Assembly: GCA_964447765.1 (NCBI GenBank)
Contig: CAYUTO010000001.1
Coordinates: 28,110 to 92,109 of the forward strand
Source of the DNA: an uncultured Gammaproteobacteria bacterium
GTDB taxonomy: Bacteria; Patescibacteriota; Patescibacteriia; Magasanikbacterales; UBA922
Direction: 5' to 3'
DNA: 64,000 bases
How positions within the stretch are numbered: position 1 is the first letter of the stretch; each line of letters opens with the position of its first letter. Below the pieces are notes generated by a model that was not told the DNA's origin, made no database searches, and saw only the letters and a program-made list of their open reading frames with translations. Below, in pieces: positions 30,184 to 39,713 of this stretch. A program made the position numbers and the translations under genes.

Positions 30184-30936
30184 ATGCGTATTCTTGATGT
30201 GAGGATAGACGAGGTAACAATCGATGAGGCAAAAGCTAAGGCAGAGGGTTTTTTACATAAACAAAAACTTCATCGGATATTTACTCCTAATCCAGAGATG
30301 CTGGTAGCTGCACAGCGCCATGATTCATTTCGGAATATTTTAAATACGGCTGATTTATCACTTTGTGATGGGAATGGGCTCGCGCTTTTTTCAGACGGCA
30401 AGCTCAATCGAATTACTGGGGTGGATTTTATGCGTGAATTACTTGTTATTGCTGAACAAGAGCAAAAATCAGTATTTTTGCTCGGATCAGGAAAGACTAA
30501 GACGGTTAAAAAACTTTTTGATTGTATTCAGACAATGTATCCAACCTTACATATTGCAGGCATGCATCCTGGTCCCCATTTTTTTATTCGTAAGGGTACG
30601 ATTGTCTACAAGACGGCAGAAGAAAAGCGCATTAATCAGCAGGTAGTCGAAGAAATACAAAGGAATAAGCCAGACGTTCTTTTTGTAGCATTTGGTCACG
30701 AGAAGCAGGAGATCTGGATTGATGCTCATGCGAAAGAATTGGAAGGTGTAAAAATCGCCATGGGGGTAGGAGGAGCATTTGACTACATTTCTGGTTCAGT
30801 AACTCGCGCTCCAGAATGGCTACGTGCAGCAGGTTTTGAATGGTTGTACAGATTTTTTACTCAGCCCAAACGCTTCAATAGAATCATTACTGCAATTATA
30901 ATTTTTCCTTATTATGCTCTCACCAAAAGTCGTTAG
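30184..30936 (+). CDS. WecB/TagA/CpsF glycosyltransferase
   Basis: TPNPE, GVGGAFD, RAPEW, EWLYR. Confidence 0.92.
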   Translation: MRILDVRIDEVTIDEAKAKAEGFLHKQKLHRIFTPNPEMLVAAQRHDSFRNILNTADLSLCDGNGLALFSDGKLNRITGVDFMRELLVIAEQEQKSVFLLGSGKTKTVKKLFDCIQTMYPTLHIAGMHPGPHFFIRKGTIVYKTAEEKRINQQVVEEIQRNKPDVLFVAFGHEKQEIWIDAHAKELEGVKIAMGVGGAFDYISGSVTRAPEWLRAAGFEWLYRFFTQPKRFNRIITAIIIFPYYALTKSR

Positions 30937-31672
30937 ACATCTCAATCAACTGCAGGAAAAGAAATACCGACGCGAATTTCGGGAATTTGTGGTAGAAGGG
31001 TTCAAGGGAGTGGGGGAGGCGCTTCAATATGCTGAAGTGGTACTTCTCGTAGTTGAGGGAACTAGACGAGAAGAAGAACCCATTGCTTTGTGTATCAAAC
31101 AAGCAGAAGAGCAGGATATTCCGGTAGAGTATTGTGGTAGAAAAGATATTGGAGACATAAAAACGACCGATACATTCTCAGGCATTCTTGCGGTGGTTGA
31201 TTCATTTGAATATACTCTTACAGATATCTCCGCTGGTCCTATTATTGCTCTTGATAATATCAAAGATCCAGGGAATCTAGGGACGGTGATTCGAACTGCT
31301 GAGTGGTTTGGAATTACCAATATCATACTTTCAGAAAATAGTGTCGATGAATATAATCCAAAAGTCGTTCGAAGTACGATGGGATCTATGTTCCGATCAA
31401 AAATCTATCGTTCACATAATTTGTTCAAAGAATTATCTGAGCTTAAAGAGCAATATGGATATTCGGTTAGTGCGCTTGATCTGAAGGGCAAACCATTACC
31501 TTCGTCGATTCCAAAGTCAGACAACAAGATTTTTCTCTTTGGCTCTGAATCACAGGGTCTGTCGCCTGAGCTTGAAGAGGTGGTAGATGTCCGATATACT
31601 ATTCCAGGTAAAGGAAAAGCTGAATCACTGAACATTGCGATCTCGGCTGCAATACTCATGTCACGAATATAA
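30914..31672 (+). CDS. TrmH/SpoU RNA methyltransferase
   Basis: DPGNLGTVIRTA, GSESQG, ESLNIAIS. Confidence 0.92.
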   Translation: MLSPKVVRHLNQLQEKKYRREFREFVVEGFKGVGEALQYAEVVLLVVEGTRREEEPIALCIKQAEEQDIPVEYCGRKDIGDIKTTDTFSGILAVVDSFEYTLTDISAGPIIALDNIKDPGNLGTVIRTAEWFGITNIILSENSVDEYNPKVVRSTMGSMFRSKIYRSHNLFKELSELKEQYGYSVSALDLKGKPLPSSIPKSDNKIFLFGSESQGLSPELEEVVDVRYTIPGKGKAESLNIAISAAILMSRI

Positions 31673-31674
31673 TT

Positions 31675-33165
31675 ATGATCAAAACTCGCTTTGCTCCAAG
31701 TCCTACGGGAATGCTTCATGTTGGTGGTCTCCGAACTGCTCTTTTTGCCTATTTGTTTGCCAAAAAAAAGGGGGGAGTTTTTATGCTTCGAATTGAAGAT
31801 ACTGATCGTGAACGTTTTGTTGAGGGTGGGATTGAAAATATTACTTCGTCACTACGGTGGGCAGGGATTGTGATTGATGAAGGTGTTCTCATGAATGATG
31901 ATGACACTGTTTCACAAAAGGGGAATTGTGGTCCGTATATTCAATCTGAACGTTTATCAATTTATCAAACATACATCAAAGAATTATTGGATAAAGGTAA
32001 TGCTTATTATTGTTTTTGTACCAAAGAACGGCTTACTCAAGTTCGAGAACATCAGGAAAAAAATAAATTGCCTACAGGGTATGACGGGACTTGTCGCGAT
32101 CTGTCTCGTTCCGAAGTTGATGAACGGATAGCCTCTAGTGAAAATTTTGTTATACGTATGAAAATGCCGAAAGAGGGTGTTACTATGATTGACGACTTGG
32201 TTCGAGGAAAAGTGGAGTTTAAAAATAGTTTAGTAGATGATCAAGTGTTGATCAAAGCTGATGGATTTCCTACGTATCATTTTGCGGTTGTCGTAGACGA
32301 TCATACTATGGAGGTGACCCACGTGATTCGTGGAGAAGAATGGTTACCTTCTACACCTAAACATGTCGAGCTCTATAAAATGTTTGGTTGGGAATGTCCT
32401 ACGTTTGCCCATCTTTCTTTATTTGTAAACGCACAGAAGCAAAAGATGAGTAAGCGACATGGTGATGTGAGTGTTGAAGACTTTACACAAAAAGGATATT
32501 TGTCTGAAGCACTGGTTAATTTTGTTGCATTTTTGGGCTGGAACCCAGGTACTGAACAGGAAATATTTTCTCTCAAAGAATTGGAACAAGCTTTTGATTT
32601 TGATAAAGTAGGAAAGGCTGCTGCTGTATTCAATGTCGAGAAATTAGATTGGTATAACAAGCAATACATGATGGCAATGGATACGATTGAGCTCGCACGT
32701 CGGGTAGCACCATTCATGCTTAATCATGGATTGATCAAAACGTTACCACAGTCTGAGAAAGAATTAAGAGATTTGGCGCAAGTTATCGAGCTGGAGAAGG
32801 GGAGAGCGACTACGCTTGCTGAATTTCCTCAAGCGCTTGGTTTTATCTTTGCTGAAAGCCTCAGTTATGAATCGGAATTATTGGTTTGGAAAAAAAGTAC
32901 AAGAGAAGGTACACATGAAAAGCTTATCTTACTATCGGAATATTTGAATCAAAAAAGTGATCAGGAGTGGGGGAGAGAGAAGCTTGAAGCAGACACTCTC
33001 GCATGGATTGCTGAAAAAGGATTTGGTGTAGGGGATGTACTCTGGCCGATGAGAACAGCGCTTTCTGGGCAAAAGAATTCTCCGGGCCCATTTGAAATTG
33101 CGGCTGTTCTTGGCAAAGCCCGAACACTTGATCGAATTCGTGCAGGTATAGCAGCCCTCGCCTAG
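31675..33165 (+). CDS. gltX: Glutamate--tRNA ligase
   Basis: RFAPSPTG, HVGG, KMSKR. Confidence 0.97.
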   Translation: MIKTRFAPSPTGMLHVGGLRTALFAYLFAKKKGGVFMLRIEDTDRERFVEGGIENITSSLRWAGIVIDEGVLMNDDDTVSQKGNCGPYIQSERLSIYQTYIKELLDKGNAYYCFCTKERLTQVREHQEKNKLPTGYDGTCRDLSRSEVDERIASSENFVIRMKMPKEGVTMIDDLVRGKVEFKNSLVDDQVLIKADGFPTYHFAVVVDDHTMEVTHVIRGEEWLPSTPKHVELYKMFGWECPTFAHLSLFVNAQKQKMSKRHGDVSVEDFTQKGYLSEALVNFVAFLGWNPGTEQEIFSLKELEQAFDFDKVGKAAAVFNVEKLDWYNKQYMMAMDTIELARRVAPFMLNHGLIKTLPQSEKELRDLAQVIELEKGRATTLAEFPQALGFIFAESLSYESELLVWKKSTREGTHEKLILLSEYLNQKSDQEWGREKLEADTLAWIAEKGFGVGDVLWPMRTALSGQKNSPGPFEIAAVLGKARTLDRIRAGIAALA

Positions 33166-33187
33166 AGTGTGCTATACTGTGCAATAC

Positions 33188-34441
33188 ATGAATTATCATT
33201 TATCTTTTAAGATTAGTGTTGGTATCATTTTGTTCGCTGCGTTACTTGGAACGCGGCAATTTTTGGTTATAGAACCAGTGCATGCTGCAACTCAGACTGA
33301 AATTGATGAGTTAAATAAAAAAATTGATGAAGGTAAGAGTAAAATTGAGCAACTTCAAAAAAGTATTGATGAGTATAATAAGAAAATTAGTGAAAAGCGC
33401 ACCGAAGCACAGTCACTTACCAATCAGCTCGCCATTCTTGATAATCAGATTACGCAAATTCAGCTTGATATCGAAGTTACCGAGGCGACACTTCTGAAAC
33501 TTCAGCTGGAGATTGAAGAGCTTTCAGTTGGGATTACCAGTAAAGAAGCAATGATAGATAAGCAGCAGAAAATGCTTGCAGAGCTTATTCGAATGCTTCA
33601 TTATGAAAACAATAAGAAATACATCGAGGTCATGACAGCATATGACAATTTTTCTGATTTCTATACTCGTGTGCAATACCTCAAGAGTATCGAGCAAGAC
33701 TTGGGTCAGAGTGCCAAAGCGATTCGTATTGCAAAAGAAGAGTTGGAGCAGAAAAAAACTGAAACTGAAGATCGAAAAAAAGACTATGAACAATTGAAAG
33801 AGAGGCTCTCTAATCGTAAAAGTGATCTTGATGAACAGTCTAAATTCAAAGGGACACTTCTCGCACAGACTCAATCGTCTGAAATGACCATTAAATCAAT
33901 GGTTTCGAATCTCAAATCTCAACAGAAAAAGGAAGAAAGCGAGATTGTGGCGTCTGAACAAGCGGTACGTAGAAAATTAGCTCAAAATAATCAGTTTAAT
34001 AATCTTTCCGACGACGAAACACTCCTTTCCTGGCCTACACAGAGTCGATATGTTACGGCGTATTTCCATGACAAGAGTTATCCGTTCCGTTATATCTATG
34101 AGCACCCTGCAATTGATATTCGTGGCGCGCAGGGAACACCTGTGGCTGCGGTAAAATCTGGTTACATTGCTCGTGCGCGCACGTGTACTCTTGCATCGTG
34201 CTACGCATACGTTATGATTGCTCATGAAGGTGGAATTACTACGGTATACGGACATTTGAGTAAAATTTCGGTCAAAGAAGATCAATTTGTTACGCGTGGT
34301 GATGTTATTGGCTATTCTGGGGCTACTCCTGGCACGGTGGGTGCTGGTCCATTTACCACTGGCCCTCATCTACATTTTGAAGTTCGAAAAAATGGTATCC
34401 CAGTGAATCCCCTCGATTATTTGGTAAAAGATTGGGAATAA
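33188..34441 (+). CDS. Coiled-coil M23 peptidase (EnvC/CwlO-like)
   Basis: Signal peptide, long coiled coil, HPAID, YGHL, TGPHLHF. Confidence 0.88.
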   Translation: MNYHLSFKISVGIILFAALLGTRQFLVIEPVHAATQTEIDELNKKIDEGKSKIEQLQKSIDEYNKKISEKRTEAQSLTNQLAILDNQITQIQLDIEVTEATLLKLQLEIEELSVGITSKEAMIDKQQKMLAELIRMLHYENNKKYIEVMTAYDNFSDFYTRVQYLKSIEQDLGQSAKAIRIAKEELEQKKTETEDRKKDYEQLKERLSNRKSDLDEQSKFKGTLLAQTQSSEMTIKSMVSNLKSQQKKEESEIVASEQAVRRKLAQNNQFNNLSDDETLLSWPTQSRYVTAYFHDKSYPFRYIYEHPAIDIRGAQGTPVAAVKSGYIARARTCTLASCYAYVMIAHEGGITTVYGHLSKISVKEDQFVTRGDVIGYSGATPGTVGAGPFTTGPHLHFEVRKNGIPVNPLDYLVKDWE

Positions 34442-34476
34442 TTGATTAGTTGTGTTGTTAATTCGAATATACCACT

Positions 34477-35010
34477 ATGAAAAATGATAAGCAAATTATA
34501 TTTTTTGATACTGAATTCACCTATCTCGACGCACGAAAAGGTGAGCTTTTGTCTTTGGGTTTGGTAAAAGAAACTGGTGAGGAATTATATATTGAATTGG
34601 AACAACCACCGCTCGAAAAAATGGATCCATGGGTAGTGGAACATGTATTACCTTCTCTGTCTGGAAAAGAGGTATTATCAAAAGAAGCTGCTCGAGAAAA
34701 AATTAGAGAATTTGTAGGTACTGAAAAGCCTTATCTCTTGGCATATGTAAATCAATTTGATGCGGTCTTTTGGTACGATCTTTTTTCTGATCCGCAAAAA
34801 CATCCCGCATTCTGGATACCTATTGATTTTGCTTCAATTCTGTTTGCTCATGGATTTGATCCTGGTAGTATGGGTAAACAAGAGTTCTTTGATCGCATTG
34901 GTGTTACCAAGACTGATTACGAGACTCGTGGTCACAATGCATTAGAAGATGCACAACTCTTGAAAGAAGTATATTATAAATTTCTTTCGTACATCGGACA
35001 TAAAAATTAG
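34477..35010 (+). CDS. DEDD 3'-5' exoribonuclease (Rv2179c/DUF5051-like)
   Basis: FDTEF, WVVEHVLP, HNALEDA. Confidence 0.8.
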   Translation: MKNDKQIIFFDTEFTYLDARKGELLSLGLVKETGEELYIELEQPPLEKMDPWVVEHVLPSLSGKEVLSKEAAREKIREFVGTEKPYLLAYVNQFDAVFWYDLFSDPQKHPAFWIPIDFASILFAHGFDPGSMGKQEFFDRIGVTKTDYETRGHNALEDAQLLKEVYYKFLSYIGHKN

Positions 35011-35270
35011 CCTCGCCTTCAAAAGTTCTATAAAAAGATGATATCCTATACCACCTATTTTTTAACGCCTATTCTGTAGTGTCGCAAAACGTAGGGGAGT
35101 GGCGTAGAAGTTGAAAGTCATAAAGTCTATAAAGTGAAAAGAAAATACGGGGAAGAATATCGTGTGACTAGATAGAGGAAGGAAGAAAGTTTTATTTTGA
35201 TTACAAGTATAGAAAAGTCAGAAGCTAAGATTCAAAGGGATTATTGAAAGTGGGTTTTCCTATAGTATAC

Positions 35271-35298
35271 GTGTCTTATAATATACATTGTGCGACAC
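35271..35298. other. dif-like Xer recombination site (terminus)
   Basis: Minus strand GTGTCGCACAA-TGTATA-TTATAAGACAC: 11-6-11 layout, spacer identical to E. coli dif; gene orientation inverts here. Confidence 0.75.
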
Positions 35299-35455
35299 TG
35301 TATCTATCCTCTCAGCCTAGTCACGAAACAGTTCCCTATGTCCTATAGCTAAAGTCGTGCGACGCGGGGTCGACTAGTATTTCCTACGTGGTATACTGAT
35401 TTATATTTACTTGATGTATTTTTAATTATCTGTTACTTTTGCAGAGTAAACTCGT

Positions 35456-35758
35456 ATGTTTCTCAGTGCTTATCGATTAGATCAAAGAAGACAATTGGTT
35501 AGGAAAACTCTTGAGATTTCTGTTATCTCCCTCGCTCTATTACTTGCTCTACAGTTTGTCTTAATCAATACTTACGGATCTTTTGATATTTTTTCTCAAG
35601 CTACTGCTGAGTGTCTGGTTCTTTCAGGAACTGGTGCGTTAATTGTTTTTAAGTATGTTCGGAGATTTCCAAATTCAGTTCTTTGCTTATTCATAATGAT
35701 CGGTTTGGCCTTTAACGTTTTTGCATTTTTTAGGACTAGACACACCTTAAAAAAATAA
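35456..35758 (+). CDS. Hypothetical membrane protein (AT-rich island)
   Basis: About 3 TM segments; 1-nt gap to the next ORF. Confidence 0.6.
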   Translation: MFLSAYRLDQRRQLVRKTLEISVISLALLLALQFVLINTYGSFDIFSQATAECLVLSGTGALIVFKYVRRFPNSVLCLFIMIGLAFNVFAFFRTRHTLKK

Positions 35759-35759
35759 T

Positions 35760-36530
35760 ATGACAGAAAAAACTAAGGATTGGACTTCTAGTATTGCTAG
35801 TGATGCAATTACAATTACAATTTCAATGTTGGTTGTTTTAGGTGTAATATCAATTGCTCGGTATTTTTTAAAAACGAGCGAATCTCCCGCTTGCTCTACC
35901 TCAAATTTAGAACTTTGTATTAATGAGGTATCCTGTAAAGAACAAAATTTACATTGGTGGAATAATTCTTGTAATTTGGTATCCGAACCAATTGTTATCC
36001 CCCCATCTCAGTACCCTGATTATGATAGTGTAATGAGTACTTCAACCGAGGCATCATCTACTTATAAGCTCTTTAAAATTATTGATCAACCGTTTACTAG
36101 CTGGACTCCTGAAAAAGCTAAGCAAGAAGATAAAATGTTCAATATAACTATTAAAAGAACTGGCGGTCAATTATCAGCAGCTTATCTTCATATTAAAGTC
36201 TCAAGAGGAGACAAACCTTTTACTGCATTCGATAGTATTTACCTTTTATTTAATGATGTAGGTGGGCATCTATTTAGGTCACAGTCCTTACCTGTTCCTC
36301 CAGGAGATAAGACTGAGCTTCTATACGCTATGAATTATGTGCCCTATCTGAAGAGTATTCCTTACTCAGAAAGTAGGACCCCCAGTGCAGTTAATTGGTT
36401 TGATATTTTTAATGGTTCAAATAACATTACCGTTGATAGTTTCATCTCTTCTTTACATGAGTCAGAGATTGAAGAAATGTCTATTTATTATCAGTGTACT
36501 AAAGATGAAGAATGTTCATTGAGCAAGTAA
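35760..36530 (+). CDS. Membrane-anchored Cys-containing extracellular protein
   Basis: N-terminal TM, then CSTSNLELCINEVSC...WWNNSC. Confidence 0.7.
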   Translation: MTEKTKDWTSSIASDAITITISMLVVLGVISIARYFLKTSESPACSTSNLELCINEVSCKEQNLHWWNNSCNLVSEPIVIPPSQYPDYDSVMSTSTEASSTYKLFKIIDQPFTSWTPEKAKQEDKMFNITIKRTGGQLSAAYLHIKVSRGDKPFTAFDSIYLLFNDVGGHLFRSQSLPVPPGDKTELLYAMNYVPYLKSIPYSESRTPSAVNWFDIFNGSNNITVDSFISSLHESEIEEMSIYYQCTKDEECSLSK

Positions 36531-36545
36531 TCCATTTTTTATTTA

Positions 36546-36914
36546 TTAAAGTGTTTTATTTAAATCTTCAGATAATTTTTTAGTTAAAGTAATAAATTTT
36601 TCTGCTTTTCCTTTAGCATGATTTCCAGATATTATTTCTGAAATAGAATCATTAACTGCCGATCTAAGATCTTCATTTTCTCCTATTAATATAAAAGCCG
36701 GGCCCATTAATCTGATTATCTCTTTTTCGTTTCCTGCTCCTTTATTTAGATGGAGAGAAAATATTGATTCTGCTAAACCTGAATAGGTAACAAATTTTTT
36801 CTCATAGATTATCCGTTTTCTTTCATTTTTATGATTAAGCCAAGCTGTTATTGAGGAACCTATAATAGCACCAAACATGCCAGAAATCACTGCTATCCAT
36901 ATGCCTTCAGACAT
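36546..36914 (-). CDS. Hypothetical single-TM protein
   Basis: AVISGMFGAIIGS TM segment; very AT-rich. Confidence 0.65.
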   Translation of the reverse strand: MSEGIWIAVISGMFGAIIGSSITAWLNHKNERKRIIYEKKFVTYSGLAESIFSLHLNKGAGNEKEIIRLMGPAFILIGENEDLRSAVNDSISEIISGNHAKGKAEKFITLTKKLSEDLNKTL

Positions 36915-37117
36915 AGAAATAATTATTTAAGAATATTTCTATAATTCTGACATTTTTTAGTATATAAGTCCATCAAATTATTTTATACTTTTTATTTGAA
37001 ATTTTCGTGAATGTGGCAAAAATCGCTATAAATACGACTAGTGTCATTTTCTCCCCTATTTAGTTAGCTAAAAATAAAAAATCGAGGGTTATACAGACCC
37101 GCGATTTTTTTCTCCTT

Positions 37118-37384
37118 TTAGTTTGCACCCACCAACAGTGGACTTGGTAGATTGATTGATGCCCAATTTCTCGTGATCTCTGTCACATAAATTTTGTCTT
37201 TTGCATCAATGACACTTTTGAGTTGATTCACGATATCGAGTGAACTTAAGTCTGTTTGTATGAGCCACAGTGATTTCAGTGGTCTACTCCATCGGTTTGC
37301 AGATTTGATCATTTTTATGAGCATCGTATATTCCGCATTGGAGTCTGGTTTGGTAAGGTCGTATGAAATGAGATAGGTTTTCAT
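37118..37384 (-). CDS. Small Cas2/VapD-like fold protein ('SinR family' annotation type)
   Basis: MKTYLISYDL...Y...SLWLI pattern; 12 nt downstream of lexA; terminator 37076-37110. Confidence 0.65.
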   Translation of the reverse strand: MKTYLISYDLTKPDSNAEYTMLIKMIKSANRWSRPLKSLWLIQTDLSSLDIVNQLKSVIDAKDKIYVTEITRNWASINLPSPLLVGAN

Positions 37385-37396
37385 AGTAAGGATATT

Positions 37397-37978
37397 TTAT
37401 ATATATTGTCTTACTACACCAGTCACCACTCCCCCAACCTTCAATTCGTATTTTGGAAATATGTCCGGGTATTTTTTGTTTGCTGCACGGAGAAACATTT
37501 TTTTGCCTTTTTGCATGAGGAATTTCAGTGTCCACTCATGATCAATTTCTGCAACTACGACTGCTCCTGGTTTTGCAGTCTTTTTTCTGTTTACGATGAC
37601 CATATCCCCTGACATGATCCCTGCACCTTGCATAGAGTCACCTGAGACCTTTAGAAGGAAGGTGTGTGTGGGCTCGTGAATGAGTAAGTCATTGAGTGAT
37701 ATACAGTCGAGTAGACTTTCCTCAGCGTCGTGTGGAATTCCCGCACGGACTTCTCCTAGTACTCTCACTCCATAGAGTTTTGGAGTAGCAATGAGAAATC
37801 CTTCATCACTCTTTCGTACAACATCATCCTCGATAAACTTTTCAATATAGTCGAATGCTGCTGATTTTGACTTCACCCCAAAGACCTTGGTCATTTCTTC
37901 GTAGGTTGGAAGCCGTTTGTTTTTGTTGTAGTAGGAAAGCAAAGCTTGCATCCTTTTTTTATATAGATCGAGGGGCAT
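37397..37978 (-). CDS. lexA: LexA-family repressor (peptidase S24)
   Basis: wHTH PTYEEM, Ala-Gly site VRAGIP, catalytic GDSM and TLK. Confidence 0.85.
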   Translation of the reverse strand: MPLDLYKKRMQALLSYYNKNKRLPTYEEMTKVFGVKSKSAAFDYIEKFIEDDVVRKSDEGFLIATPKLYGVRVLGEVRAGIPHDAEESLLDCISLNDLLIHEPTHTFLLKVSGDSMQGAGIMSGDMVIVNRKKTAKPGAVVVAEIDHEWTLKFLMQKGKKMFLRAANKKYPDIFPKYELKVGGVVTGVVRQYI

Positions 37979-38046
37979 ATAAAAAGGGTTAATTAATGTG
38001 TCACACGCGTGTCCCCGGCCGGGTAGACATGGATGTGATCTTGAAC

Positions 38047-38103
38047 CGAACGTTTGTTCTCCTCCTTGAATACAAGTATACCGAACGTACGTTCGGGTGT
38101 AAA
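38047..38103 (-). promoter_or_regulatory. lexA promoter with two GAAC-N4-GTTC boxes
   Basis: TTTACA(38103-38098)-17-TATACT(38080-38075); CCGAAC-gtac-GTTCGG 38081-38096; CGAAC-gttt-GTTCT 38047-38060. Confidence 0.85.
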
Positions 38104-38258
38104 GTGTGGTTAGGGGGATGTGTGTGGATAACTAGATTTTGTACGAAGTTTTGTGTCGAATGATTCACTTGATACGAATTTTTCATATAGAGTGAATCAT
38201 TCGCGACTGAACTGCATTGGTTATGCAGACAGTCGCGATAGAGTATGAGCGAGAGGGA

Positions 38259-38465
38259 TTAGCCTCCGTCATAACCTCTACTGGCGCGGAGATTTCGGAG
38301 CCTCTCCACTTCCTTGGCTTGGCTGTTGACCTCGCGTTGCCATTTGGCACGCTGAGCCTCTGTGCTCTCTTCTGTCGCTATCGTGACGTACTCATCGTCG
38401 TCGAGGGTTGTGTGCTCGAGCGGAGCGACTTGATCTTCTCTAAGATCTGCTTTTGTAATACTCAT
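38259..38465 (-). CDS. Orphan small protein (cassette 5)
   Basis: AGGGGA RBS; leader stem 38478-38523; 3' IR 38157-38203; promoter weak. Confidence 0.55.
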   Translation of the reverse strand: MSITKADLREDQVAPLEHTTLDDDEYVTIATEESTEAQRAKWQREVNSQAKEVERLRNLRASRGYDGG

Positions 38466-38648
38466 GTTTTTCCCCTAAGGTACCTAGCTCGCATGTATGG
38501 TGCGCCCCTCGTCAGCTGTACCTGTGGTGGTTGGTATATAAGGGGGAGTGAAAAATCGATTCTGTTCGAATTGTCACTTCCTCTTATATACGCCAAAAAG
38601 AACTATTTCAGTATAGTTGTATATCACACTTTTACTATTTTATCAAGA

Positions 38649-39677
38649 CTACTTCCAGTATATTCGATTCTCGTACCGAATATCGATATATGACAAGCTT
38701 TTTGTACTTTCAATTTTTTGGAGTGCTAATTTGATTTCACGAACCTGGTCTTCGGCACGAGTACGTGCGAACCTTGTTTTCACTATCCATCCATCTTGTG
38801 TCGTGATATAGAAATCAACATTATTTTCTATGGTAAAGTATAAGACGCCGAACTCCATATTTTTTATCTGATTGTACCAGGTAATGAGAAGCTCTACTTC
38901 TTCTGGTTTCAGTACCTTGAGTCCTTTGTCTACTTCGTGCGCGCGTTTGTCATAAATTATAGGAAATTCTTTGGTTCTGTCTCCATAGACATTTGCGGTG
39001 TTCGGAGTATGCACCTGGTCTACCACAATATCGATTGTCGAGGTAACGCCATCTGCGGTAGTAGTAACTGTTTTTCCTGTAATATCTTTCCATTCATGAT
39101 TTTCGACTGCACGGATAAGCTCTACGACCGACCCATCGAGTCCAACGAGTCCATACATCTTACCATTGTCATAGATGATCGTGGACACTTTTTCTGTTAT
39201 CACAATATTCATTTCATGGGGAAAATGTTTTTCTACCTGAATATCTTCAATCGGAAAACGTTTTTTTAATACTTCTGAAATGTCTAGCGTATTAGCGACA
39301 ATGAAGCTTGAATTTGGAATAAAGCCAAAACTTTTGTATTCAAGTGTATTTGCAATGACTTCTTCAATTTCTTCGGTGGGAATCCTACTATTTCCGGTAA
39401 TATGCACTTCGGTAATATTAAATAGTCCGCTAAAAATTACTAGGTAGATGAGGAGTACTATTGAAACACCGAGTATCGAAAGTTCGATTGCTATTTTCTT
39501 ACTTCGCCCCGTGTCTTCTTTTCGATACGGGTTATACTGAGTCCCCTTCCAGGTAAAATCTTTGATCTTTCGGGGGCCATGATGCTTGAAAATTTTATCA
39601 AAAAAACGCTCGGTTTTTTCCGCAGTGCGGTCGATATTTTTGATCAGTCGATGATGGTTGACGATCTTTCTTCTCAT
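38649..39677 (-). CDS. ftsQ: FtsQ/DivIB-like cell division protein
   Basis: Single TM, POTRA (ITEVHITGN...KHFPHEMNIVITE), C-terminal YIDIRY. Confidence 0.75.
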   Translation of the reverse strand: MRRKIVNHHRLIKNIDRTAEKTERFFDKIFKHHGPRKIKDFTWKGTQYNPYRKEDTGRSKKIAIELSILGVSIVLLIYLVIFSGLFNITEVHITGNSRIPTEEIEEVIANTLEYKSFGFIPNSSFIVANTLDISEVLKKRFPIEDIQVEKHFPHEMNIVITEKVSTIIYDNGKMYGLVGLDGSVVELIRAVENHEWKDITGKTVTTTADGVTSTIDIVVDQVHTPNTANVYGDRTKEFPIIYDKRAHEVDKGLKVLKPEEVELLITWYNQIKNMEFGVLYFTIENNVDFYITTQDGWIVKTRFARTRAEDQVREIKLALQKIESTKSLSYIDIRYENRIYWK

Positions 39678-39713
39678 AGTACCAATAGACAGGCTTATAG
39701 GTAACTGTTTTGC

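Noticed and set aside
37118-37384. Cas2-like protein as evidence of CRISPR-Cas
   Set aside because: No array, cas1 or other cas genes in the window.
38217-38693. 158-aa + strand ORF
   Set aside because: No RBS, and it overlaps the ftsQ end; the minus-strand 68-aa ORF has the RBS and flanking hairpins.
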